A DNA stretch of 64,000 nucleotides, taken from Phoronis australis (Eukaryota; Animalia; Phoronida). The position numbers and the translations under genes were made by a program. Every line of letters begins with the position of its first letter. Position 1 is the stretch's first letter. The notes under the pieces were generated by a model that was not told the DNA's origin, did no database searches, and saw only the letters and a list, made by a program, of their open reading frames with translations. The stretch covers positions 193,401 through 257,400 of the forward strand of contig NMRA01000247.1 of the NCBI GenBank assembly GCA_002633005.1, written 5' to 3'. Below are positions 38,501 to 50,500 of the stretch, piece after piece.

Positions 38501-41500
38501 AAATGACTTTTGAGCTTAAATGTGGTCCGACCCTACTGCCAACAAAAGTTTGTGTACTCAAAAGATGGCGGCCTCCATGATTTATACGATGTGTACCGTA
38601 TTCCCATAACAATCAACAAGTTGCCGCTATGTAAAATATGAATTTACTAAAAGCAATATGTTTCAACTGCTTATTATATAATGAATGCTGCTTTAGTATG
38701 TAGGTGACTTAACATTTAATATTTCATGCAAAAGTTTGGTCTAGATCGAGTCATAGATGAACAGACAGCATTCACTTGCTTGCTCCAGTATAAATGTCCG
38801 TTTCATTATTGTATTCAGGCTGACTATAGTTAACCATAAATTGTGTAGTGAAAATGGTCTGAAAATCACTGAAGCTCAAGTCAGACACAAATGAAACCTT
38901 AAAAGTCAAAGGTGAAAATATGTTTACTGCCTTGCACTGTTTTGCCCAACTGTGCTTGCCTTGTTAAACAATATTTTTTCTGCGGCTTATTAAAAATATG
39001 AAAAAAAATTGCTATGTAGTTGTAAATACCACTCTCACACAATAATTCAAGTTCAACTTTCTTACTCACAAGTTAGACTGCATTGTTACCAGGGAAACTA
39101 TGAAAATCAAACGCGCAACATCAAAGACAAGGATCCCAGCCAACATATTAGTTCTTCATAGATGGGACAAATTGACGTAGGCCATAAGTGTCACGTGACT
39201 GCGCGATGTATACCTGCAGACTGCTCTGCATCCTCAGTTTGTCGGCGTCAATGGCGTTGATGTGCTTCTGCAGGTTCTTGTTATGCTCGTCCAGGATTCG
39301 CTGTTGCTCGTCCTCACTGGCACCCTGACTGGCCAGTCGCTGGATCTCATCCTGCCGATGGAAATTGCCATCTTTAATTCATTCAGACCAGCAGTGAACA
39401 TTAGTAAGCACAGCATGACAACATGCCAGGCTTGAACAGGTCATCGTTGAGACAGCATGGGCAATGAGATGACTTCATAAGCCATTCAAGTCTTTTTCTA
39501 AACAAATTCTGTTTATTCACAACATTTCTATCACCAATAGCACATTCAAGTTTCTGGTTAAAAAATCAATAAGCCCGAACTGATTGTCACGCCTTGTCAG
39601 ATCTCGTCTAGTCACCAGTTTTTATGTCTTAGATCAACATAATGCATTACAAGCGTAAGAGTGAAGGCTAACTGTTTTCTTGTGGACATAAATGGTTTCC
39701 AGCAACTCATTTTTGACATGATCTTTTAAATCAATATTGTATCAACATTCGAGTCAACTCAATTTTTAATTACATAGCAGTCTCACAGGTTTAACCTCTT
39801 CATGTTTTTGTGTTTTGTTTACCATGTTGCAGTTAAGAAAGTTAAAGCCTACCCAAACACTGTTGTACCATGTTTATACTACACACCTTAATCTTCTGCC
39901 TGTTAACCTTGACAATCTCCTCCTTCCTGTTGGCCAAGTACTCCACCTTCTTCTTGTGTTTCTGCTCTTCTCTTTCCATCTCCAAGTCCAACTCTTGGTT
40001 GAAGCCATTTAGTTCTGCCTCAATACGGCTCTTTTCAGAAGCTTCAAATTCTGCAAAGAATCATTAGCTACAGAACTGCTTGTAGTGAGAGAAAGCTCTT
40101 AAAAATTTCTGAACAGTCATTCATGGAACACTCCGCAGTTACAGGGTGCATTATTTGACTGTACTTCGGGAGCAAGTTTTCTGTTATACAGAATTTGTTG
40201 AATACACGACACTTTTCATTTTTCACGGTCTTTATTCCGTTGCGTTCATACTTTCTGAACAAAACTCTACTCTCTACTGAACATAGATACAGTAATTGAC
40301 CTAGCGACATAATTAAAAAGACACACGATATTTCGAAACATACTTGTTTCATTCTCAAGTGAAGATAAAATGACGCAGTAATGCCACCACAGAGTATAAG
40401 CTGACGACACACACAGTGAGACACGGCGGGTGTGAAATACTGCAAAGAATGACTAAAGAATTACTGCGTCATTTTATCTTCACTTGAGAATGAAACAAGT
40501 ATGTTTCGAAATATCGTGTGTCTTTTTAATTATGTCGCTAGGTCAATTACTGTATCTATGTTCAGTAGAGAGTAGAGTTTTGTTCAGAAAGTATGAACGC
40601 AACGGAATAAAGACCGTGAAAAATGAAAAGGTGCATTATTTGTGAACTTAGCACCACCGATGAAATGAGTAAGAAATGAGTCCCGAGTCAAACCCTAAAA
40701 TTTGAGGTACGATGAAGAAATACATTTTGTGAATTAACCTTTCTCATTAATATCACAGATTAGAGGTATGTAAGGGCAAAATGTTTTCTGCACGATGTTG
40801 AATTTCATTAAGCCAAAGAAAAGGATTTTTTTTATTTGAATGACTGTATGAAATATTGATAATGATGCGTGGGAGGAAACTGAGTTGTGATTCAAGAGAA
40901 AAGAAGTACACCTCATAAAAAAAATTGTGTTAATGATATAATGACATTGATAATGAGACCCTCATGCAGGACATGAAGATTGCCTAGCCTGAGATAAACA
41001 CAAATTAAAAAAATAATAAAGTCTGTTCAACCCATAGACCTTTAGGAACATTTTACGCCATTTTAGCAGCTGCTTAAGATAATGATATATGTGACAACAC
41101 ACCATTTAGTTTCTCATGTTACAGTATTTAGAATAATTCTACTTTCCACTGGAGCACTGTCAAACACACTTACCTTCTCGCTCTTTCCTCAGTTGTTCTT
41201 CTTTGTCACGTCGTTGTTGCTCCAGCCTCGCTTTCACATTTTCCAGCTCTTCAGCCGCAGCACTCGCCTGTTCAGCACTCTGGTGATCAGGTGAGAATTC
41301 TTTCAATGCATCTGCAAATTCTTTGTAGTGCCTCTCCTTCAGTTCTAGCTTGGCTCGTGCATACTGAACCTCCCAGTCAGTAACAGCGCCGCGTTCAATT
41401 GCCTTTTGCTCATCAGCCATTTTCTTGTCCAAATCATTGAGCTGCAGTTGGTGCTGATTCAAGAGTTGTGCCTTGCGTTGTTGCAACTCCTCAGGGTCAA

Positions 41501-44500
41501 GGTCTTCCTTCTACAAATTAAACATGATAGTGTACTAAAAAAAACTGAAAATGAAAATTCATTTTTTTGCAATATTGTTATTTTCACAATCATCTTTTCG
41601 AGTGGTTTGGTTGTTAGAGGGGCAGACGCCAAAAAAACAGCTTGAAAATAGTAAAAATGGCCACTAGATGGCGCAAAATGCCTCAAATCCATCCGAAAAC
41701 AGGAGGATAGCGTCAACTCATTACTAGATGCCTATGTGCCAAATTTCATGAAAATCGGTTAAGGACCTTTGAAAATAGAGGTAAGCTTAAAGAAATAAAA
41801 TTTCCACTAGGGGGCACAGCAGAATACAAGTCGGTCCGAAACTCGTCGCCCTGTGTAGTCAACCCCATAGGAACACACCTGCCAAATTTCAATAACATCC
41901 TGCAAGGGGTTTAAGAGATACAGCCGTGGACGCCGGACGCCAGACGCCCGGACACCCAGACATGACTGCAATATGCGACCACATACAAAAATTTGTGGGC
42001 GCATAAAAATAAATAGTGGAAATCACCCTTGTCTCACAGTTGTGTTTTACTGTGACAGAGTTGTGAATAGCACATAACGAAACTTTGTAATCATTCTGTA
42101 AGGATTCCATATAAGGACATTGGAATAAACACAGTAGGCCAATACTACCTTACATTTCAATCCATATATGGATCCCATACCCAAGTAAGTCATGATTGTT
42201 CTAGTAAGAAACATTTCTACTATGTTGAATAAAAAAAATAATTCAGAAGCACAAATGAAACAAGAATTTTTACATGCTGCCATTTTGTAATTGACTGAGA
42301 TGTTTCGAAAGTTACTGTAAAATCCACTAGAGGCATCTGCCAAGCATGTGCACTCCATGGAATGGTTAATGGTAGCCGTGACACAAGTATAAACCTCCAC
42401 TTAGTTACGTTCTTTTTTCCTGCTTTTGCCTGTTATAAGCTGAAATGGTTTTGCCTGCTACAACATGTGCACAGAACCACGTGACATGTGGAAACATTTG
42501 TCATATGAAACATACCACAAGATTGGCCAATTCTTGTTCTTGTCTCTCCATCAACTTGTCCCGTAGCCCGTCATATTTGTCCAACATTTTACTGACAGCA
42601 TCATCGACCATGACTTTCTTTTTAGCAGCGAACTCTGAGTCAAGATCGCGCAACTCTTGAGCGTGCCTCTTGGCAAGCACAGAGCGGATAACCTTGTCCG
42701 AGTCTTCAATGCCATTCTCTTGAATGCCGTCAATCATGGCTTTCTGTTCCACCTCTTTAGCCTGACATACAAAAATTAACATATTAAGAACAAAACAGCT
42801 TAACTTATTAATAAACACTAATAGAAGGACAGTTTGACATTACCAGGGATTTGATTACTCATAGGAGAGGCATAGTAATTTTATCATCTTATTCTGAGTT
42901 AAAAAGCACCGTAAAAATCCCAATCTTAGTCATAAAGACAAAGTCATTATGTTTCACTTGAAAACTAACAGCTGACAAAAATAAAACATATACTAATACT
43001 ATACCATTATAACCCACTGTATCGGAGACTGGGGCTAGTCTGGCCCCATTTTTAAAAAAATTGAAATTCCCCATTGACTTCATTTTTGCAAGCTATTTGC
43101 AAACTTGCCAGAAATTTCTGAGACCGAGACTTCAGGATATATTGTTGATGAATTCACTGCATTTGCATTTGAAGTGACCAAGTCCAAAAGGTCAACTTTG
43201 CCAGCGCCGGGTCAACTTGAAACACCAAAAATAACAATATCAAAAATTTCCGTAAGTTCAACTATTAGGGGATGAATGAGACCCTAATGAAATTGTCAAA
43301 CAAGCCCCTGGCAGGGTTATAAGAAATAGGGTAGTGTTCAAGAGCATCATACTGAATAGCACTGCACTCTCTAGATATACGTATAAAATATTTAGTAAAA
43401 CCTAAGGCATCTTATGAGAAATGAAACTGAAAAAGGACCAAGAACTTTTCCACAAAGGAAGAAATATGCAAACATTCGGAAGTTCGCTATTTTGAACCGC
43501 CAGTGATTTTCAACAACTGGCATCATCGCTGTATCTTGCTTTTTGTTCTAAACATGCCCAATTTCTGAACACGCCACGAGACAAAACTAGACAGTAAAAT
43601 AGCACAAATTGTGGTGCAATGTTCATCACATATATAATTTCTTCAATTTCTAGTAATAATTATCAGCCAATTTTGCCTTATCCAAGCAGAAAAAAGGACT
43701 TAAATGACATGCTTCAAAAGCTTTACTCACTTTCTCTGTCCTAATGTCATCAAGTTCTTTCTTCTGTTCCAGCATCTCTTTAGTTAACTCCACATCCTGT
43801 TTACGACGAAGCTCCGCCATCTTGCGACGCTTCCTTTCCGCCAGTTTTTCGCGCATGTTCAACTGCTGTCGTTCGCGGTCATTGTCAAGTTTATCGGCCA
43901 AGTCCTCCAGCTCTTGTTGATGAGCAGCAATGAGCTGGAATTTAAAATGTTGCAGATGAGATTCATGAGTCAACTCATAGTCCACCATCAGTTGTCATTA
44001 TATCTCAAGAGCATTTTGAACACCTAGTTTCCGTTAAAACAGCAAAATCTTACAAAAATTTGCAAAATAAAGTGAGTGAAAAGTGAACGTTTCACGAGTA
44101 ATAACTAGCTTATCCTTGCAAAATGGTGGCCTTTGAATTGATTGATTGGTGAAGTTTGAGTGTTGCACTGTGAGATTTAAGTCAGGCTTTCCTTTCCATA
44201 AGTGAACAGAACTAAACCCAGGTCACTGTGGACAGTCTAGATAGTTATGCGCTACTCTCGTGATTTGTGACACCGCACAAAAATACAAACCAAAGTAAAG
44301 GGATGGTAAACCCAACTCAGTGACCTTGCAGTGTGACCTTGTGGTACATGAACTGACAATATTAGAAAGGGAGAAGGCCATGATGGCCACGTGTCCATAT
44401 AGCAAACACATCGTATAAAAAAGAAGAAGGATCATTCGATTAACTTTAAGTGTCAAAAAAAATGTCAAAATGGCATTTGAACATGATAAAAAGATATGCC

Positions 44501-47500
44501 AGAAGGCATTTATCCTTTATAAAACAATGTAAAGTAAAATAAGATCAGTCTGTCCACAATAAGCAGTTCTTAAGTTCTAAAGATAGAAGCAAGTATTTCA
44601 CCATGGTAACAGTATTGTTAACAGAGACCAAGAAGGCATAAATGGCAAATACGAAGTTTACACTAACTGATGCCATTTATAGAGATCAGGTGAGAATAAC
44701 AGAGACTGTGAATAATAAGTGTCAAGAACTGTCCATTCATGTGTAGAAGAGCTATGCCAGAACACTGTGGATATTGATAATGTGAAGTATTGTCCCAGGT
44801 CACTTTGTAAGCCTGGGATGTTCCAAAGTATCAAATGTTTTTGATGCGTTCATAATTTTGTGGGAAATGATAATGAATTACCAAATTTCGTGCAACTCTT
44901 GATACAAAAAAGCAAGAACACAAATCACGTTAATATTCCGGTGTAAGGTGCCCGTATTTTGAGAACAATTTATATCCACTGAATAACGGGCATCAAACTG
45001 GTTGTCAAAATATAAGCACATTATATCTGACTATTGCCTAACTCACAGCTGCCATCTGTTCATCTGTCAAGTCAGTACGAGCTGACAGTTCTGCTGCTTG
45101 ACGATTCTTCTTCTCGTGGATTACTCTCGACCGTTCTCGCTCAAACTCGCTAATCAACTTTGCCTCTTCCTGGCTAGCCTCCTTGTCAAGTTCACTTGCC
45201 AATTGATGGTGATGTTCGGAGTGTTTAATTCTCATTTGCTCTTTTGCACGCTCCTGAAAACAAACACAAACAGAATACAGTAATTAAAGTAACACTGTAT
45301 CTAAGTCTTCAGATCAGTCTTTGGCCATTGTAGTGTGCAAAAACGTAGGAATTCACTATAAAACATAACGTTTCGCAAGCAAATCCAAACAGTACTCAGT
45401 TCTCATTCAAACAAACTCATTTTCAAAACTGAGAGTATTATTCATCACGAGACATAACACACATGACTATGAACAACAGAACATACAGTTTCTTTCATTT
45501 CAGACATTCACTCCAGTAACAACCTTGGAGTTCTAAAATGTTTATAAAACGCAAGGACATTTTCCTAATGAAAACATTCCCTAATTATAAACAACTCTAA
45601 AAAACTTAAATACTGCATTCCTGTGACATTAGTTTAAAGTACCCATTACTGTCAAAGTAATGAGCAAATTTTATATCAAAACAAAACAATTAGGCAAAGG
45701 TTAAGAGTGCTGTCGAGCAATCAAAGAAAGGATTGTACACGTCTACATCAAGTGTTATCTTTATCACCTGCTCCCGCCTAAGTGCCTGCTCTTCAACACT
45801 TTCATCATATCGTACATCTGGAGCACGGAACATGTCATCCATCTCATGCTGGGCCACACTCTGCTCCATCTGTCGCGTCTGTTCATCCATGAATCGCTGC
45901 GCAGCCTCGTCTTCACTCTGTCTCTTCTGCTCCTTCAACTTGCGGGCACGACGATTTGCAAGTTTAGCCTGTGCAAGAGAATTGATGGTAAAAGTTTTGG
46001 ACATGGTTCCAGATTGCGGGACGGATACGATAAATAGTGCTTTTAACACAAAAATTACGTAAAGGTAAACTGTGTTTCAGTCTATATATTTCAAGGTGAA
46101 CTAAAGAGCAATATGTACATTGGTCATGGTAAGTTTGATAACGAAGGACATGCAACATGCCATCATCAGTCTCACTCAGACCCTCACCTACCTGAAACTC
46201 GCTCAACTGACGATCCTTCTGATTGGATAGTTCCTCTTCTAGCGCCTCTGACTGTTTCCTGTACTGATCCAAAATATGCTGTTGGCGAACGGCATCAATG
46301 TCGGGATTGGACACGGATAGCTAGATAAGAAATAACAAAGACACTATACATTTGTACCAAATTAATCCATGAGTACAATGTAGGGGAAATAACTTCCAAA
46401 ATACAAGTATTCATATACAACAAAGTTGGCTAAATCTAAGCTAACCTGCTTGACAACCTCCTTATGACCTTCCTTGACCTCATTGACCTTCTCCTCATTA
46501 TGTACTCGGTTGATCTCCTTAACATGCTGCGCCTCCTCGTGGTCAAACTCAGCATTAACCTTGTCCACTTCAGCTCTGTGCTTCTTCTCCAACTCTGCCA
46601 GCACTCCCTCTAATTCTTCATGTCGTCCTTGTTGGATCAACTCCGTTGAGACCGACATTTTTTCTTGCTCAAAATCATCACGGATCTCGTCAAGCTTTTT
46701 GCGTCGCCGGTTGCCCATGCGCCTGCGCAGTTGGGCCAACTGGGTGCTTCGTTGTTTTTCGAGCCGGCGTGCTATCTCACCCTCAATGTCGAGTTGCCGT
46801 CGAATGGCATCATTTTTGGCCTCCTCAGAGATTACACCCTGATCCTGGAGGTTGTCCTGCAAAGCACAATGACAATCATTAATTGACTAGCTTCAGTTCT
46901 TTACTTAAATTTCTCTGTACAATGGTAATGTGCACTGTGGTAACTATCCTTTCCTGTATTTACACTTTCAATATTTTCAAAGGTGACTACATTGAACTGG
47001 TTTGACCATACATATATTTGCTTTTAGGCAAACAACATGTTATTTGTTTTCTCAAAAGAGAATTTATTGCTTAATATGTGTGCGCATACCAACTGCTCCA
47101 TGAGACCCTCTGACAATCCCTTCATCATATCATTGTTTGCCTGCTGCTCTATGTCAGACTGAGCATTGACGAGTCCAGCATGCTCTTCACTCAGCAAAGC
47201 TTCTAGAGACATCTGGTGGCTGGAGATCTTGTTCTCGGTGTTGTCTGGGCTTGCCACAGGCAATGGGAGACCAGCTTGGTCAGCCTAAAAACAATATTTT
47301 AAAAGTAACAAACTACATACAAAACTAATAACTCACAATTTTGAAAACATATGACTATACAACCTGACCGCAAAAGAGGCAGTTCAAAAAGTAATCATTA
47401 GTACAACAAGAGAAAAATGTTTTTCACTCTGACATGACTTCATATTCATTGAATCAATCCTTTCATTTCTTCCTAATTTGATTAATCAATGACATGGAAG

Positions 47501-50500
47501 TAATCCCCTTGAATAAGACCTAGGCAAATGAACAGACTAAAGCACACCCTTATGTCTCTTGTCAATGGATTAGCAACTCACCTCAGCTTTGTGTTTTTCA
47601 TGAAGTTCCTGTTCTTTCCGACGTCGTTTTTCTGCCAGCTTACGCTCCAGCTCTGACAGACTTCGTTGTTTGTCATTGTCATGTTGCTGGAGCGCCCTCT
47701 CCAGGTCAGCTTGGTGAGCGGCCATTATGTCATTGATTTCAGACTCTGTCAAATTACCTGGTAAATACAGGAAAAACATGAAATGGCGTGAAGAAAACCA
47801 AGTTTTGAAAATGTATAAAAATGACAGTACTAGGAAAACCGGGAATGGAGTACGTAACCATGACATCCCCATCAAGAGGGAAACTTGACTTCAGTACATT
47901 CAAGATATTTAAAAGGTGGGAGAATCATCAATCTAGAACCGGGCCCAAAGTCCTTCCAAGTTGACTGCAATCCTGCCAGTGAAATGGTGAGATATAAATA
48001 GTCAATTTTTAGTAATTATTGAAGTTAAATGGGTGAGAAACAGTTTAGTTCTCAGCTACATATTTTTACAAACTAAAACACTACAATCTACATGTAAAAT
48101 CAGATATTAATAAATTCCTAACAAATTACATATACACAACACAAAGATCATGATTACTATTACTATACAACATTTGGATTCTATGATATAAAATACCTTG
48201 CAGCTTGAAGGCAAGTTCCGCTGCTTTCTCCTCCAGGAGGCGCTGCCTTATAGACTCATAGTCTTGTATGACCTGGTCCAGAGCTTTTCCTTCGTTAGTA
48301 TTCAGTTCTCTCTCTAAGTTAAGCTTCTCATTATTCTGTCGACGCAGCATCTCAGAGCTGCCTTGAAGCTGTGCATACACAAAACACAGGTATGAGATTG
48401 TTGGCACATAATTAATTCCAGGCAATTTGATAGAAATTACCTTGGGAGCATCAGTCATTATCTAACTGCACTCTGTATTGAGCCAAATATGGACAGTCTA
48501 GTCAAGCCTCAAGACTGAGGGCAAAAACTGAAAAATTAGTAAGCTTTATGAAAATCCAATAAAATGGTAAGGATATTCTATAGTCTTCTTCTTGCACAGG
48601 GCACACAAGTCCTCCTTTTCAATGCCCATTACCAACAAAGATCTTTTTCACAGAATCCGCATTACATTCCTTTCTCAAGAACCACAGTACTGTTTTTTCC
48701 ATTTTCAGAGGAATCGTGAGTAAGCACACGCTTGACACAATATAACAACTGTACACTACAACTGATTACAACTGTGGTTTGTGAGCTGTGAAACAAAAAC
48801 GCTGTTAGCAAAAACACTGGTGTGATTATCAGACCATCAAAGAAAGTTGTACGAGGCACAAATAAAGCTCAGTAGCAACATTCTATAACTTTTGACACCA
48901 GTTGAGGTCCTTGTCAGACCACTCATTAAAAGATAAACCTTACATAGAAAGATTTGTTACTTACATTGCGTTCAGTAGAAGACCTCATCAGGCTAGTCAT
49001 GGCCGTTGCGTGCGATGATGTTGTAGTTCCACCGCCGACAAGACCAGCATGTCTGATCATCTCTTCAGTGATAGTAATGTTACCCGAGTTTAGACGGTCA
49101 AGAAGGATCTTCAAAGCAGTCATCAACTCAGCCTCTCTAGTATTGCCACCTGTTGACACGAGGAAAGTCACTGACTAGGTTGAAAAAATGACACACTTTT
49201 CTTTAATTACAGTCATATGTCAACTATTATAAGTAAAAACACAGTGACTGTTCTTATATCATATATTTGACCATTTTGTTAAACAAATTTATCTAGTAAA
49301 TACTGTCATATAGTTTTAAGTGAATGTATATTTTGATCAAAGATAACACCACATAGCTTTCAGAGTAATTTGACAACAAATTAGAAAACATAATGTTATA
49401 TTGTTGTATATACAAAAAACATGTGTAGCTGTGTGCAGCTGGTTGAGTGAGTGACACTTTAGAAATTGAGTACAAACAATTCGTGATTCCCACTTACTGG
49501 CAAACTTGTAAGTCTTCTGTAGACCACCCATTGTGAAGTTTGCGTTCACCATTGTGGGGCCGCCACCATCGGCACGCTGCAGTTGTTCAGTCTCGGCACC
49601 GTCGCCTCTACGACTCCTCTCTCGCTCAAGCTCTTCCAATTTAGAAACATCCAAATTGTTGAGCATATTCTTCAACTCTTCCGTCTGCCCACTCATTCGC
49701 TCATAAAAGTCCCGTAGATCCTGTTCCTGTTTAGCTAACTGTGCTGCCAAGTGGAGATTCTGGTCCTCCAATTTGTCGTACAGCACACGCACATTGAAGT
49801 TCTCCAAGTCAGCACCAACCTTCCACACTACAACAGAACAGAACAGATTATCTATTGACTATCTATATTGCACTACAATGAATGTCGTAAACAATTAAAG
49901 AGTAAAAATTTCTGTTCCTGTAATGCATATTTTACATAAAATTCTCGACAATCTCAAGATGAAGTACTATTTTCATTGAGAATCTTAATTGCCTCAAAAT
50001 GTAAAAAATAATGGATCAAATAAATATTAATGAAAGCCACGGATAAATTATGCCAAGTTGAAACAGGTTAGGTGTTTCTAAGAGAAAAGCTTGCTTAGAA
50101 TCTCACAAATACATTGGCACCAGTAGCAATTTTGTGTTGACACTATTATACCAACTTACCAACTGCATCAGCCAATCCAGACTCAACACTGCCACCAATT
50201 GAGTGACCAGCATGTGACATGCTCTCTCTGCAACAGGAACAACACAATGAGAAATGTCTGCATAGAAGCCAATGGCATTATTCTTTAATATGTAAATTTA
50301 ACTCCATGTAGCATGGTAGATACTTGAGGGCGATGATAGCCAAAAATAGTGCTAGATCTTTTAATAAAACACCAAATTAATATGTTGATCTATTTTGAAA
50401 ACCATTCTTGGCTGCAATAATAACAGTAATTTTTCACTAACTTAACACACAGCATAGCAAACGAGTGTTCTATTTTGACAAATTTCTACAAAAAAACAAG

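Larger units (their letters stand above)
40212..40630. repeat. Perfect 171-bp inverted repeat (arms 40212-40382 and 40460-40630, 77-bp spacer), probably Penelope-like pLTR-derived
   Basis: Arms are exact reverse complements by eye. A 13-bp direct repeat GGTGCATTATTTG occurs at 40145-40157 and 40630-40642. Confidence 0.9.

Noticed and set aside
39815-46886. Plus-strand ORFs opposite coiled-coil exons (e.g. 46474-46842, 45733-46062)
   Set aside because: Antisense shadows of E/K/Q/R-rich coding exons; Ser/Leu-rich with no independent evidence.
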